Below are positions 1 through 28,889 of a DNA stretch of 64,000 nt, piece by piece. The notes beneath the pieces are model-generated. The model had not been told where the DNA came from. It was given only the letters and a program-made list of their open reading frames with translations, and did not search any database. The DNA is from Octopus vulgaris (Eukaryota): the NCBI GenBank assembly GCA_951406725.2, contig OX597814.1, positions 63,488,001 through 63,552,000 on the forward strand. The letters are read 5' to 3'. Both the position numbers and the translations under genes were made by a program. How positions within the stretch are numbered: the stretch's first letter is position 1; the number at the start of each line of letters is the position of its first letter.

Positions 1-304
1 CTGATCGAGCAAATCTAAAATCAAAACACTCCAGCAATGATCATTCCATCTCTTTCACTACTTTTATTTCTTTTTAAAACATCGCGTAACCTAGGCTATT
101 TTTAACCAGTGCGTACTTTAATTAAGATGCTAAGTAGGTAAGTATAGTTTGATTGACTGCTACTTCTAGCAAGTTTTTATTCTATCTTTATGTTCTGCTG
201 GATCGTCCGGTTGGACATTGTAAACTATAATCACGAGAACAAATCATATCTAACATACTTTGAGTAATGCAGAATCTACAGTTTCTGGTAATATTCATTA
301 ATCA

Positions 305-338
<34 letters not shown>

Positions 339-574
339 TAGAGAGAGAGAGAGAAAGAGAGAGGGTGGGGAGCGATTGGTACCAAGGATGCGAGAGTTGG
401 AGAGATAGATACAGAGAATAGAAAATATAAGCATGCACTCATTTCGGCTGTAAGCGATGAAAACCGAAAAGTTAACTACAATGATTGTTGCTGCAGGCTA
501 TACTAGGTATGCATAAATTGTAATTTGAACAGCAAGTAAGAAAATGTAACAAGAGTAACAATGGACATGCATTA

Positions 575-708
575 AAATAATAAAATAAGAACAGTAATAA
601 ATGAGTGAAGAAGAAATGTATAGTGCGTGTGTTATTTGGCAAAAAAAAATGACCATCCTGAAATGCAACAATATTGATTTCACATCAGGAATCTTGCAAC
701 ACAAATTG
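575..708 (+). mobile_element. Diverged 3'-terminal fragment of the Penelope family at 5855-8340
   Basis: Shares ATAGTGCGTGTG...AAAATGACCAT.C.GAAAT..AACAATAT...AATCTTGCA with 8220-8330. Confidence 0.55.
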
Positions 709-734
709 ATAACCGTAAATAGTAAAAGACTTAC

Positions 735-17704
<16,970 letters not shown>

Positions 17705-17824
17705 ATCCGTCGATCACTGCAAAACTCAACAAAAATTAAACATAAAAAATACAAGGATTAATAATTGCTACTAATAAATTTTACTTCAACACAGTAGCGC
17801 ACCAGCGAAATGTTAAAGTTTACT

Positions 17825-18130
17825 TATGTATGTATGTATGTATGTATGTATGTATGTATGTATGTATGTATGTATGTATGTATGTATGTATGTATGTATG
17901 TGTGTATGTATGAATGTACGCATATATGTCTCTTCTGTTTTAATAATTTGAATTCTTTCTCTGAAGAAGGAGCTGGTCTCTAACAAAGATGCAAGGCTCC
18001 ATCTTTGGAATGTAGAAACCAGAGAAAAGTCTTGCATCGTTTTACAGTTCCATTTCGGGACAGTATCTTTAATGTGCTAATCAGTCGTTTGATTTCTTTT
18101 TCTCAAAATCCAAGCTTATCCAGGCTGATG
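17825..18130 (-). mobile_element. RLE LINE 3' fragment with (CATA)n tail
   Basis: Similar to 4510-4720 (CTGAAGAAGGAGCTGG...GAAAAGTCTTG...CCAAGCTTATCCAG) and adjacent to (TATG)n. Confidence 0.65.
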
Positions 18131-18145
18131 TTTGTATCTATCTAT

Positions 18146-19110
18146 CTGCCAGGGCCCATGGACAACTTCCAGAGATCCCTGGCCTGGCAGTGCTACCGAG
18201 AAGCGCTACCCGTTTGGGATAAGCTCTACAGACACGGCTCGTGAAACACGGGGCCGACCTGCCCGAGATGCTGTCAGAGCGACGAAACCGTTCTGCCCGC
18301 ACTCGTGCAGTGTCCAACAATTTCCGACCTGTGGGCTTATGTCGAACAACTGCTGTCACGTGTGGGACGAGTCGGTTTGTCAGCTGAGTCTATCGTCAAT
18401 ATTGTCACGCCTCCTTCCTTCAAACGGGAAGGAAGAGCTATTTTCATCATCCTTGTGGCTATGGCGAAATAATGTATTTGGTCGACGCGTCTGAAAGGAT
18501 TGGAGACAAACACTTTCCTCTCTGGTCAATCTCTCATCAACTTCTTCAAGTAGCACTTGAAAAGGAAAGTTTTGTCTAGCGAATGTTTTAAAAAAAGATG
18601 GGTGAATGTAGCAAGGATGGCACGTATGAATGACGAGGCCACCTTGAGCATAATCCTATGAACCCAGAAATTGAAAACAGAGGGTTACCCACTTCCAAAC
18701 AAATGTGGTAACATATAACAATATTGACCAAGGTTACCGTGGTCTTTTTCGTAGGCTTTTCTTCCCACGGATAAACCTTACTTGCCTTCCCCTTTACACC
18801 ATACATTATAACACTGTGATACACGATCCCTATTGATCGTTTTTTTTCCTCTTCCCCTTTTTCCCCATTTTTATTCTTTTTTTCATTTCTCATTTCTTTT
18901 GTTCCTTTTCCTTTTCTTCTTTTTTTAATTTTTTAAATTTTTTGTTCTTTTTTTTCCCTTTTACGATCCCTTTTGATCGAAAACCTAGGCCACCTTTTTT
19001 TTTGTTTCTTTTGTTTTTTTGTTTTTGGTTTTTCTCATCCCCCAAAAGAAAAGCTCTACCTTGTAACTTGTTCCATCTGCGTGCAGCCCTATGTGGCCAA
19101 TAAAGAAACT
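18146..19110 (+). mobile_element. 5'-truncated L1/Tx1-clade LINE (ORF2 C-terminal zinc knuckle + 3'UTR) in (TATC)n
   Basis: FQRSLAWQCYREALPVWDKL...CPRCCQSDETVLPALVQC (zf-RVT-like); AATAAA at the 3' end; TATCTATCTAT on both sides (18135-18145, 19111-19121). Confidence 0.8.
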
Positions 19111-19245
19111 TATCTATCTATGCATATACATATTTCATTCAGTAGCTACCATCTCTGAGGAACGTTGGGTCATATAATCGCGCTGTTACCTAACCCTCTG
19201 TTGAAACCCTAGTGCGAAACTGATTGATATAATATAATATTCAAC

Positions 19246-19425
19246 AAAATTCAACAAAACCTGTTACTCTGAGTTTCCCGTTGCCGTTCATCAAAAACGG
19301 GAAACTCAGAGTAACAGGTTCTGTTGAATTTTCTGCTGCTTTAAATAAAGCATATTACTCTACCACTGGTATTTGAGTACTCTTTTTTCCACCTTGTTTC
19401 ACATTTATGTGTTTACTCCGGTATA
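19246..19425. mobile_element. Penelope terminal fragment with inverted duplication (37-bp-arm hairpin) carrying a hammerhead core on the minus strand
   Basis: Arms 19246-19282/19296-19332; minus strand TTGATGA-ACG(GCAA)CGG-GAAA-CTCAGAG-TA-ACAG. Confidence 0.65.
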
Positions 19426-19901
19426 TATATATATCACGTGACCAGCTAGCCACTACTGCCTTTTCGCATCAAGTAGTTGGTGTGACCACACGTAATTGTT
19501 TGTGCTCCGTTTGCCTTCAGGCATTTTTACCACAGCCAGCCCTATACTCAACTCGTCCTGTCGAAAGACGCTTGTCCTGACGTCCTGGTTTTGTTATTAT
19601 TGTTTTTACGTTATTTTGTATTCTTATCCGTGCTATCGTTATTGTTTTTACGTATTTTTGAATTTTTCCGTCACTGTGTTGTATACTTTCGAGGTTTTCT
19701 TCCAAGGAATCTAATGCTGCTGGCTTAGATTTCCCTTGGCGGGCTGCCCAGATTGGAGCAATCTCAAGATTAATCAGCCGAAATTGCGAAGATGATCTGG
19801 TTCTTGACTGATGACTGAGAGCTTCGAAAGTCCCGTCTGTGTTGTTTTTTTGTCGTCTTCAAAATGTTTCACGTTCTTGTCCCAGTTTGTGTTTTTTTAA
19901 C

Positions 19902-19958
<57 letters not shown>

Positions 19959-20028
19959 TTATATCTATTATATATATATATATATATATATATAGATATA
20001 ATATATGTATATATATATATATTATATC

Positions 20029-20899
<871 letters not shown>

Positions 20900-21368
20900 T
20901 GTGTGTGTGTGTGTCTGTGTGTGTGTATTATATATATATATATATAATAGATGTATAATATTTCACACTTCGATTAACTTACATATATACGTGAGTGTGT
21001 GTGTATTTGATTGTGTATATATTTTTCTCTACACACACGCGCACGAGCACGCACACACACTCACGCACATATATGTTGTGCGAAAGTAAGATGCCCGCTG
21101 GCGAGAATGGACTGAACCACTACGTAAAAATCGCAGCAGTCAGAGTAAGTGAGATAGTTCGTTCTAGTTCCACAGTTCGTGTGCTGATAGTTCAAAGTTG
21201 GAGTTGAAAGTTTACAGTTCGAGTTAGCGTGAATGGATTGTAGGTTCTTAAAAGATTACTGTTGGGTTTCGTGTAGTTACTGCTCTTTTTGTTTTTTTAT
21301 TATATTGTTATTACACTGTTGCAGTGTATTCGTTTATCCATTAGGAGATAACACACACCTATCTATCC

Positions 21369-21468
<100 letters not shown>

Positions 21469-21519
21469 CACACACATATATGTATGTATATATGTATGTG
21501 TATTTATGTATATATATAT

Positions 21520-21700
21520 AACGGGAAGGTTTACGAAAATAAACAAAAGACGAAGGCAGGTGGAGTACAAACAAACAATGTATTAGTATGGCGCTCAGGA
21601 ATAGAACTAAAACAAGTCTTTTACGTTTAGAGCCTACGCTCTTCGACAGAAAGATACACAGAAAAGAAACAAGGAGAGAAAAAAATTGCGTGTAGGGACT
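21520..21700 (-). mobile_element. Short (TA)n-embedded Penelope-type terminus with hammerhead-like motif (21617-21654)
   Basis: Minus strand TCTTT-CTGTCGA-A-GAGC(GTAG)GCTC-TAAA-CG-TA-AAAGA; a shorter relative lies at 40615-40675. Confidence 0.55.
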
Positions 21701-21790
21701 AATATATATATATCAAATAATATCAAAATACTACGCGAGAATTCGCCCTAAATTTACAGTACCTACTTTATGTTTATATATATATATTTA

Positions 21791-22177
21791 TCTTTTACTT
21801 GTTTCAGTCTTTTGACTGCAGCCATGCTGGAGCACCACCTTTAATCGAGCAGCTCAACCCCGGGACTTATTCTGTTGTAAGCCCAGTACTTATTCTATCT
21901 GTCTCTTTTGCCGAACAGCTAAGTAACGGGGACATAAACACACCAGCATCGGTTGTCAAGCAAGCTAGGGGGAAAACACAGACACACAAACACACACACG
22001 CATATATATACATATATACGATGGGCTTCTTTCAGTTTCCGTCTACCAAATCCACTCACAAGGCTTTGGTCGGCCCGAGGCTATAGTAGAAGACACTTGC
22101 CCAAGGTGCCACGCAGTGGGACTGAACCCGGAACCATGTGGTTGGTAAACAAGCTACTTACCATACATCCACTCTTG
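21791..22177 (-). mobile_element. Full-length tRNA-derived SINE (Octopus-type, internal (CA)/(TA) tract)
   Basis: Reverse complement of GGTTCCGGGTTCAGTCCCACTGCGTGGCACCTTGGGCAAGTGTCTTCTACTATAGCC...GACTGAAACAAGTAAAAG. Confidence 0.85.
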
Positions 22178-22320
22178 ATATATATATATTTGAGTAGTTG
22201 AATGAATTATCTTATTAAGGATAATTCGAATTAACCGAAACCTGGGTAGCAAATTCACATCAGAAACATATGTCGAAAATAAAAGAATTTTGTTAATTCG
22301 TCGTTCAGCTCCATTCTTTC

Positions 22321-22368
<48 letters not shown>

Positions 22369-22372
<4 letters not shown>

Positions 22373-23270
22373 CAGTATCACCCGGCGTTGCTCAGGTTTG
22401 TAAGGGAAATAACTATATAAGCATTTTTAGAGAGTTATAGCCAAAAAATAGCAAAAATATGCATTAAAAATGGAAAATAAATTATGGTACATTTAAAAAA
22501 AATTGTTGACTCATCGTAGACATTTTTAGAGAGTTACTTCCCTTATATAGTAGCGAAAAAATGCATTAAAATGGAAAAAATGATGGTAAATTATTTTAAA
22601 AATCGTAGACTCATCGTAGACGCGCGCTAATACGCAGACGGGCTCGATATGAATCACGACTATAAGATACCCGGTTTTTGTTAAACTGCACAGCAAAATG
22701 TGGGAGTAGTTAGGAATCTAAATCGTAAGAGACAGACACACAACTTGACTTTTATATATAAAGACTAGCAGTATCGCCCGGCGTTGCTCGGGTTTGTAAG
22801 GGAAATAACTATATAAGCATTTTTAGAGAGTTACTTCCCTTATAAATTCGGGCTTTCTTAGCCATTTTTGTTTTGGTGTCTTCAAGCCATGAAGTCGTTG
22901 TTCTAAAAGAACGCTGGTTTCCTTCACAACGCATTACGACGTTGATTTCTTTACACTCCCTTCCCCACAGCTTCACGAGGGAGGGAAGGGGGAGAAGCAA
23001 ACAGGTGCAGCTGTGAGCGTGGACGCCAACTCCGCCGCCATCGACACACGATGCATTTTATGCATTAAAATGGAATAAAAAATGATGTTAAATTATTTTT
23101 AAAATCGTAGACTCATCGTTGACGCGCGCTAATAGTCAGACGGGCTCGATATGAATCACGACTATAAGATACCCGAATTTGGTTAAACTGCACCGCAAAA
23201 TGTGGGAGGAGTTAGGAATCTAAATCGAAGGGGACAGACACTCACACAACTAGAGTTTTATATATATAGA
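22369..23270 (-). mobile_element. Two head-to-tail non-autonomous Helitrons (22369-22764, 22765-23270)
   Basis: 5' TC.TATATATAAAA ends, subterminal hairpin CCCGAGCAACGCCGGG, CTAG 3' end; CTAG|TC junction at 22765/22764. Confidence 0.85.
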
Positions 23271-23840
23271 TATATTTGTATGTATGATAAATGAAAAATA
23301 CATTGTAAATAAACAACGACATTAAAAACGTATACGTATACGCTCCCTCCCTCTTGCCCTCTTTCTCCTCTACCTGCTGCTGACACGCGTAACGTAGCCA
23401 GCTTTCTCTCCTCTTTTCACATTGGTCGCGTAGCTGATCGGTTGTAAAATTTCTGTTTAAAATTTCCTTTCTTGTCTTTTTGGCTCTAAGGCTGTATTTT
23501 GGTCATTTCTTATTGATTTCGTCTTTGTTCATCGTCTTAAATTACATTTTCTAAAACTTTTGTTATTTGTCCATTCTGTGTTGTCTTGTTTACTCGAGGC
23601 CCTATTCTCTACGGCTTTCGCGGGAACCGCCTGCATGGCAAGACTTTTTTTCGCTAATGGTGCTGCAAAACTGAGTATTACCATTTCGTTGATAACTGAT
23701 GAAGAATTAGGGCTCTTCTCTGTCTGTCTCCCGTCCGGTTGTACATACAGTGCACATATACGCTTTTTATCTGTCGTGGTTTATTTATAATGCATTTTTT
23801 ACTTATTTATTAAGTAACGGCACGCAACACACACCGACTG

Positions 23841-23891
<51 letters not shown>

Positions 23892-23925
23892 TAATCAAAA
23901 TAAGCAACAAGGATATCCAGAAGTA

Positions 23926-24014
23926 ATGCAGTACGATCGTTTCATGCGACTCCATTTAATTGAACAATGCAAGCATTACATCAATTTAAAATGTAGAGCA
24001 ATCTTCAGCTGCAT
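23926..24014 (-). ncRNA. Type I hammerhead ribozyme with canonical core and extended helix II
   Basis: ATGCAG-CTGAAGA-[TTGC...long hairpin...GCAT]-GAAA-CGATCG-TA-CTGCAT; 6-bp helix I, palindromic helix III ACGATCGT, GUA cleavage triplet. Confidence 0.8.
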
Positions 24015-24117
24015 AAAAATATAGAATTTTGAATTATATGGATAATACCATACTAAATTCTTGTGTCTTTAACTTAAGTAACATATTCACCTGAATTTAA
24101 ATTTTACTAAACACATA

Positions 24118-24151
<34 letters not shown>

Positions 24152-24459
24152 CGTTTAAATATTTGTTGTGCACGAGTTTTTATGTATACATAAATGTATG
24201 TATATATGTATATGCATATCTATTCATACAGTGCAAACTTGAAGCACCAGATAAATACAAATAACCAGTATTTAGAAGTCCATATTTGTGTCATTGTACT
24301 AGTATAATTTTATATGAATAATTAGTTTGGATGATCTACAGTGTATATGAAGAAAATAACAAGTTAAACCATCTTACGTGCATTAACAAGAAAATGGTTA
24401 TTACTTACATAATGGATTTTAAATACTTAAAAACACTGGGAAACAAATATACGTAGCAT

Positions 24460-25206
<747 letters not shown>

Positions 25207-25209
25207 ATA

Positions 25210-27739
25210 TTGTTTTGACCCATCGGTCTCAGTGTGATCAACTTCTTTTATGGGTATTTTCTTTTTTTTGTTATCCTGTTCTACACCGTTCTGGACAACA
25301 TGTTATACTCTCATGGGAAGATAATATCTGAAAGAAATTCTTTCACAGTTGGCAATATGGTGAATGCCTTCGGTATTGGTCTTCTTGCCTGTCAAAGTTT
25401 TTCGCCTTTTATATTGTAGGCACTTGTTCGTGGATTGTGTTATGTAGCCGTCACAGTGGGTTGTTATGAACTTTCCGGAACTCCGCGTTAAGCTTTTGGC
25501 ATGATCAATCCCTTCAATGACTTGTGTTTTACGTGCCTAGCACACATATGCTATCTTCTCAGTGAACTGATCCCTTATGTTCTGCCTAATGCTCTTTAGG
25601 GAAAGATCAGTATCGCCTCTTATTTCATACCTCTCCTAAACTTCATGAGCTATCCTAGTTTCTGTTGTTGATTTCATGGTCAGAAACTAGAGCAAGATAG
25701 TCACTGGTCTCTTTCTTCGCCTGCAAATGGTGTTTCAGTGTCAACTGTACGTAATATGGCATCGGTACAGATTGAAGACCACAGCCACCATGCTTGCGTG
25801 TGAAGTATAGGCTGCCTACATCTTCATTGATGTTGGTGTTTCCAGTAGCACTGAACAGCTTGCGAACATCTATGTCATTAGGTTCTTGTGGTGACCAGTT
25901 CAGAAGACCAAACGTAGGTGTGAGGACATGCATTGCAATAGGTTTATTATAAGCTGAGAGTTCTGATAACAATATTCTCTTTAATCCCCCGAGATATTCA
26001 TTTCTTGTACTCTCCTTTTTTGTGGGTCCATCGAATCTGATATTCGCATCTTGTACGAGATACCTACAAATGTAACCTGACTGTAGAGGTTGCATTGTCA
26101 AGTCGCTTGTTCTTAGGATTTCAGAAGAGGGCTCAAACGTCTCATACTTTATTGTTCAGAATACATATCTGGACTCACCAAATTTTATTCTAATGTTTGT
26201 AGAAAATTGGGTTATAAGGTCCAGTTTTTTTGGATATGGTTGATAATTGGCCCATGTAGTTTCAGGTCGTCGACAAAGAAAAGATGGGAGACACATTTGA
26301 ACCCATTTCTCTCTTTACTATATTTTATTAGCAGATATTATAGTGAACTTAACGAGACGGTGAAGAATAACACAGACAGGCTATCAACCTGAATGATGCC
26401 ATTTTGGGTGTGAATGCTATCCATTTCACTGCCGACTCAAACAATGTTGCTCACTTCTCTTTTCAGCACTGCATTGATATATTTATTTTTGGTGCTCTTG
26501 TTTAGCAGGTGCTACCCGAGTGATACCATACAGCATTCAAAGACCGTCTGCACTGATCTCTATCACCTTCATTTCTTCTGAGGAAGAGTCTGTCAACATC
26601 ACTGTTTCTGTGGAAGTTCCCAGTTGTTGTCAAGATTTTGCGGGTTTTGATATCTATGGAGCGGATTTCCTCTACAGACCAATCAATTATCCCAAATGTT
26701 GGGATCAGCACTGGTACTGCAAATGCATTGTGGGATATTGCTTAGTTGTAAGAGGAGAGTTCCGATTGCCATATTTTCTTAAGTCTGGTGTAATATTCTC
26801 GGGTCACAATATCTTTATTCACAGTGCCTTCATATGATATATTTTCGCCTATGCCTAGGTACTTGTGACGTTCTTTGTGTGGAATGGGAGAGATAAAGAT
26901 ATCGTTGATACACAGGTTTTGGGTTTGGGGGACTGACTTTGCTCTTTCTATAACCAAATATGAACACTTGTTTTAGCCAAATTGCATGCCTGCGTCAGCA
27001 GATAATGTTGTCAATTCCAGTTGTTTTTGGCATTGTTAACACTTTTGGTAGTCTACAAAGAAATTATTTGAAGATCCTAGCATGTAACCATTAGTTTTCT
27101 GCAGTGGGAACGATAATGGATTCATAGTCAAAATGAAAAGAAGTACAGAAAGGCTATCTTCCCGGAATATTCCCTTTCAAATGACTATACTATCAGAAAC
27201 AATTATTCTGTTCTCAGTCGTAATGGTTGTCCATGTTTTTGTGAGTCTCTCTATAGTAGCAATTAAGGTAGTAGATACTTTACCAGATGTATGTACTTCA
27301 ACAGACATGAATGAGAGATTGAATCGAATGCATTCATATAGTCAAGCCATGCGGTCACAAAATGTCTACGTTGTTTTCTTATTTCAGACAGAATAGCTTT
27401 GTTTATTAAAAGTTGTTCAGCATATCCCCAGACTTTCTTCTTTTCACTAGCCTCTTCATCAGTCACAATGTTGATCGACTCACAATGTTCCTGGAGGAAT
27501 TGGTTGACGCCACTTGTGTACAGTTTGTACATAATATTTAGACAAGAAATGGGCCTGTAGTTTCCTGTTATCTCGGTGATTTATGTTAGCTTCTTGTACC
27601 AATATCAAATTATTAGGTCCCTTCCAGGTGCCTTCCCCTTCTGCAGTTTGGCTACTGCTATAGTGAAAGTTTATGAATCAATTTTCTGTTTTACTCTTAG
27701 TGTTGGTACAATATTCTCTCTCAATTGTATTCAACCATG

Positions 27740-27740
<1 letters not shown>
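25210..27740 (-). pseudogene. Two degenerate RLE-clade (R4/Dong-like) LINE RT remnants
   Basis: KKVWGYAEQLLINKAI..TAWLDYMNAFDSISHS; KYLGIGENISYEG..REYYTRLKKIWQSELSSYN; LIPTFGIIDWS; second copy LSELSAYNK..VLTPTFGLLNWS. Confidence 0.8.
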
Positions 27741-27772
<32 letters not shown>

Positions 27773-28889
27773 ATATAATATAAGAGTTACTGCTCTTTGT
27801 ATATAAATATATCGTTGAGTTAATGTGTTGAAATCTGCATGCATTCACCCAAGTGTGTGCATCTATTCACATAAGAATCTCTTATGGACATTTCTGAAAT
27901 GTCTTGCAAATATCAGTAATAAATTGGATTTGGAGAATCCGCATTTGTTTTACTCTTTCTCTGCAGAACCCAGTTTTCCAGTTTTTTTGTGCAAATTTGT
28001 TGATGCATAACCTATGATGATATGTAAAAATGAGAACTGATAGTCAGGGAACAAGTGCTGTAAGTTCTGCATTAATTCACTCTAAATGTTCTCTGTTACT
28101 TGTACTTTTGACTGCTCATTTACATCTGCTGGGCAGCTGACCTCTATGGGCGTGTGCGTGGGGTGAGTGTGTGTATTTGTGTGAGTAGTATCTGCGTGTG
28201 TGTATGTGTGTTTGTCTGTGCGTATATGAGAGAAGGAAAGAGAGAGGGAAAGAGAGAGAGAGGGATAAGAAATAGAGAGAACTCGGTTACAAATAAGTTG
28301 TAAAGTTTCTCTATGCAGAGTTAATATTTATGCAAAGGGAATCATTAACACATCTCCCACAATAAATAGGGCACAAAATGTAACTGCATCGCGAAGTATT
28401 TCAGCTGTTCGAAGTAGTTTCATTTAAAAGCATTGCAGTTATCCTTGAAGTAAAGATTTATAAATATTTCAGAGAGAAATAATAGCCACGGGAAGCAACT
28501 CCGTATCGGGGATTTATTCATTCATGGGAAGCAACTCTGCAAATATTTCCCCCGGTAATTTCCCGTTTACCTTTGCTACTTTTTCCTTTTTTCCTTTTTT
28601 TGTTTTTCTTACGTCAAATGTAGACAAATACTTGTATAGGTATTAAATTGTCCTTATATCTAGATCTAAAATAATCGATCACGTATATGATGAGAGATGA
28701 TCGATTATCATTGTCCCAACTGTTTCTTATTGGCACTAAAGGCAGTGTACATTATTCAGCCTGGCTTTTACATCTTAATTTGTTAGGTTCCGGTTTGAGT
28801 TATTCTGCTTTTTCTAACAGGTGCAGCATGGACGTAGGATTTCCTTTATTATCACGTACGCAGGAGAAATTTATCTTTGTACGGAGAAC

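Noticed and set aside
165-280. Minus-strand 'VYNVQPDDPAEH' resembling SLC23 exon 7
   Set aside because: Stops in frame and no compatible splice sites; exon 7 must lie left of the window
21074-21353. Possible solo LTR (TGTTG...TAACA)
   Set aside because: No target-site duplication or second copy visible
22190-22250. Hammerhead 3' half (long hairpin + GAAA-CCTGGG-TA)
   Set aside because: CUGANGA core and 5' helix I strand not recognisable; kept only as a weak remnant
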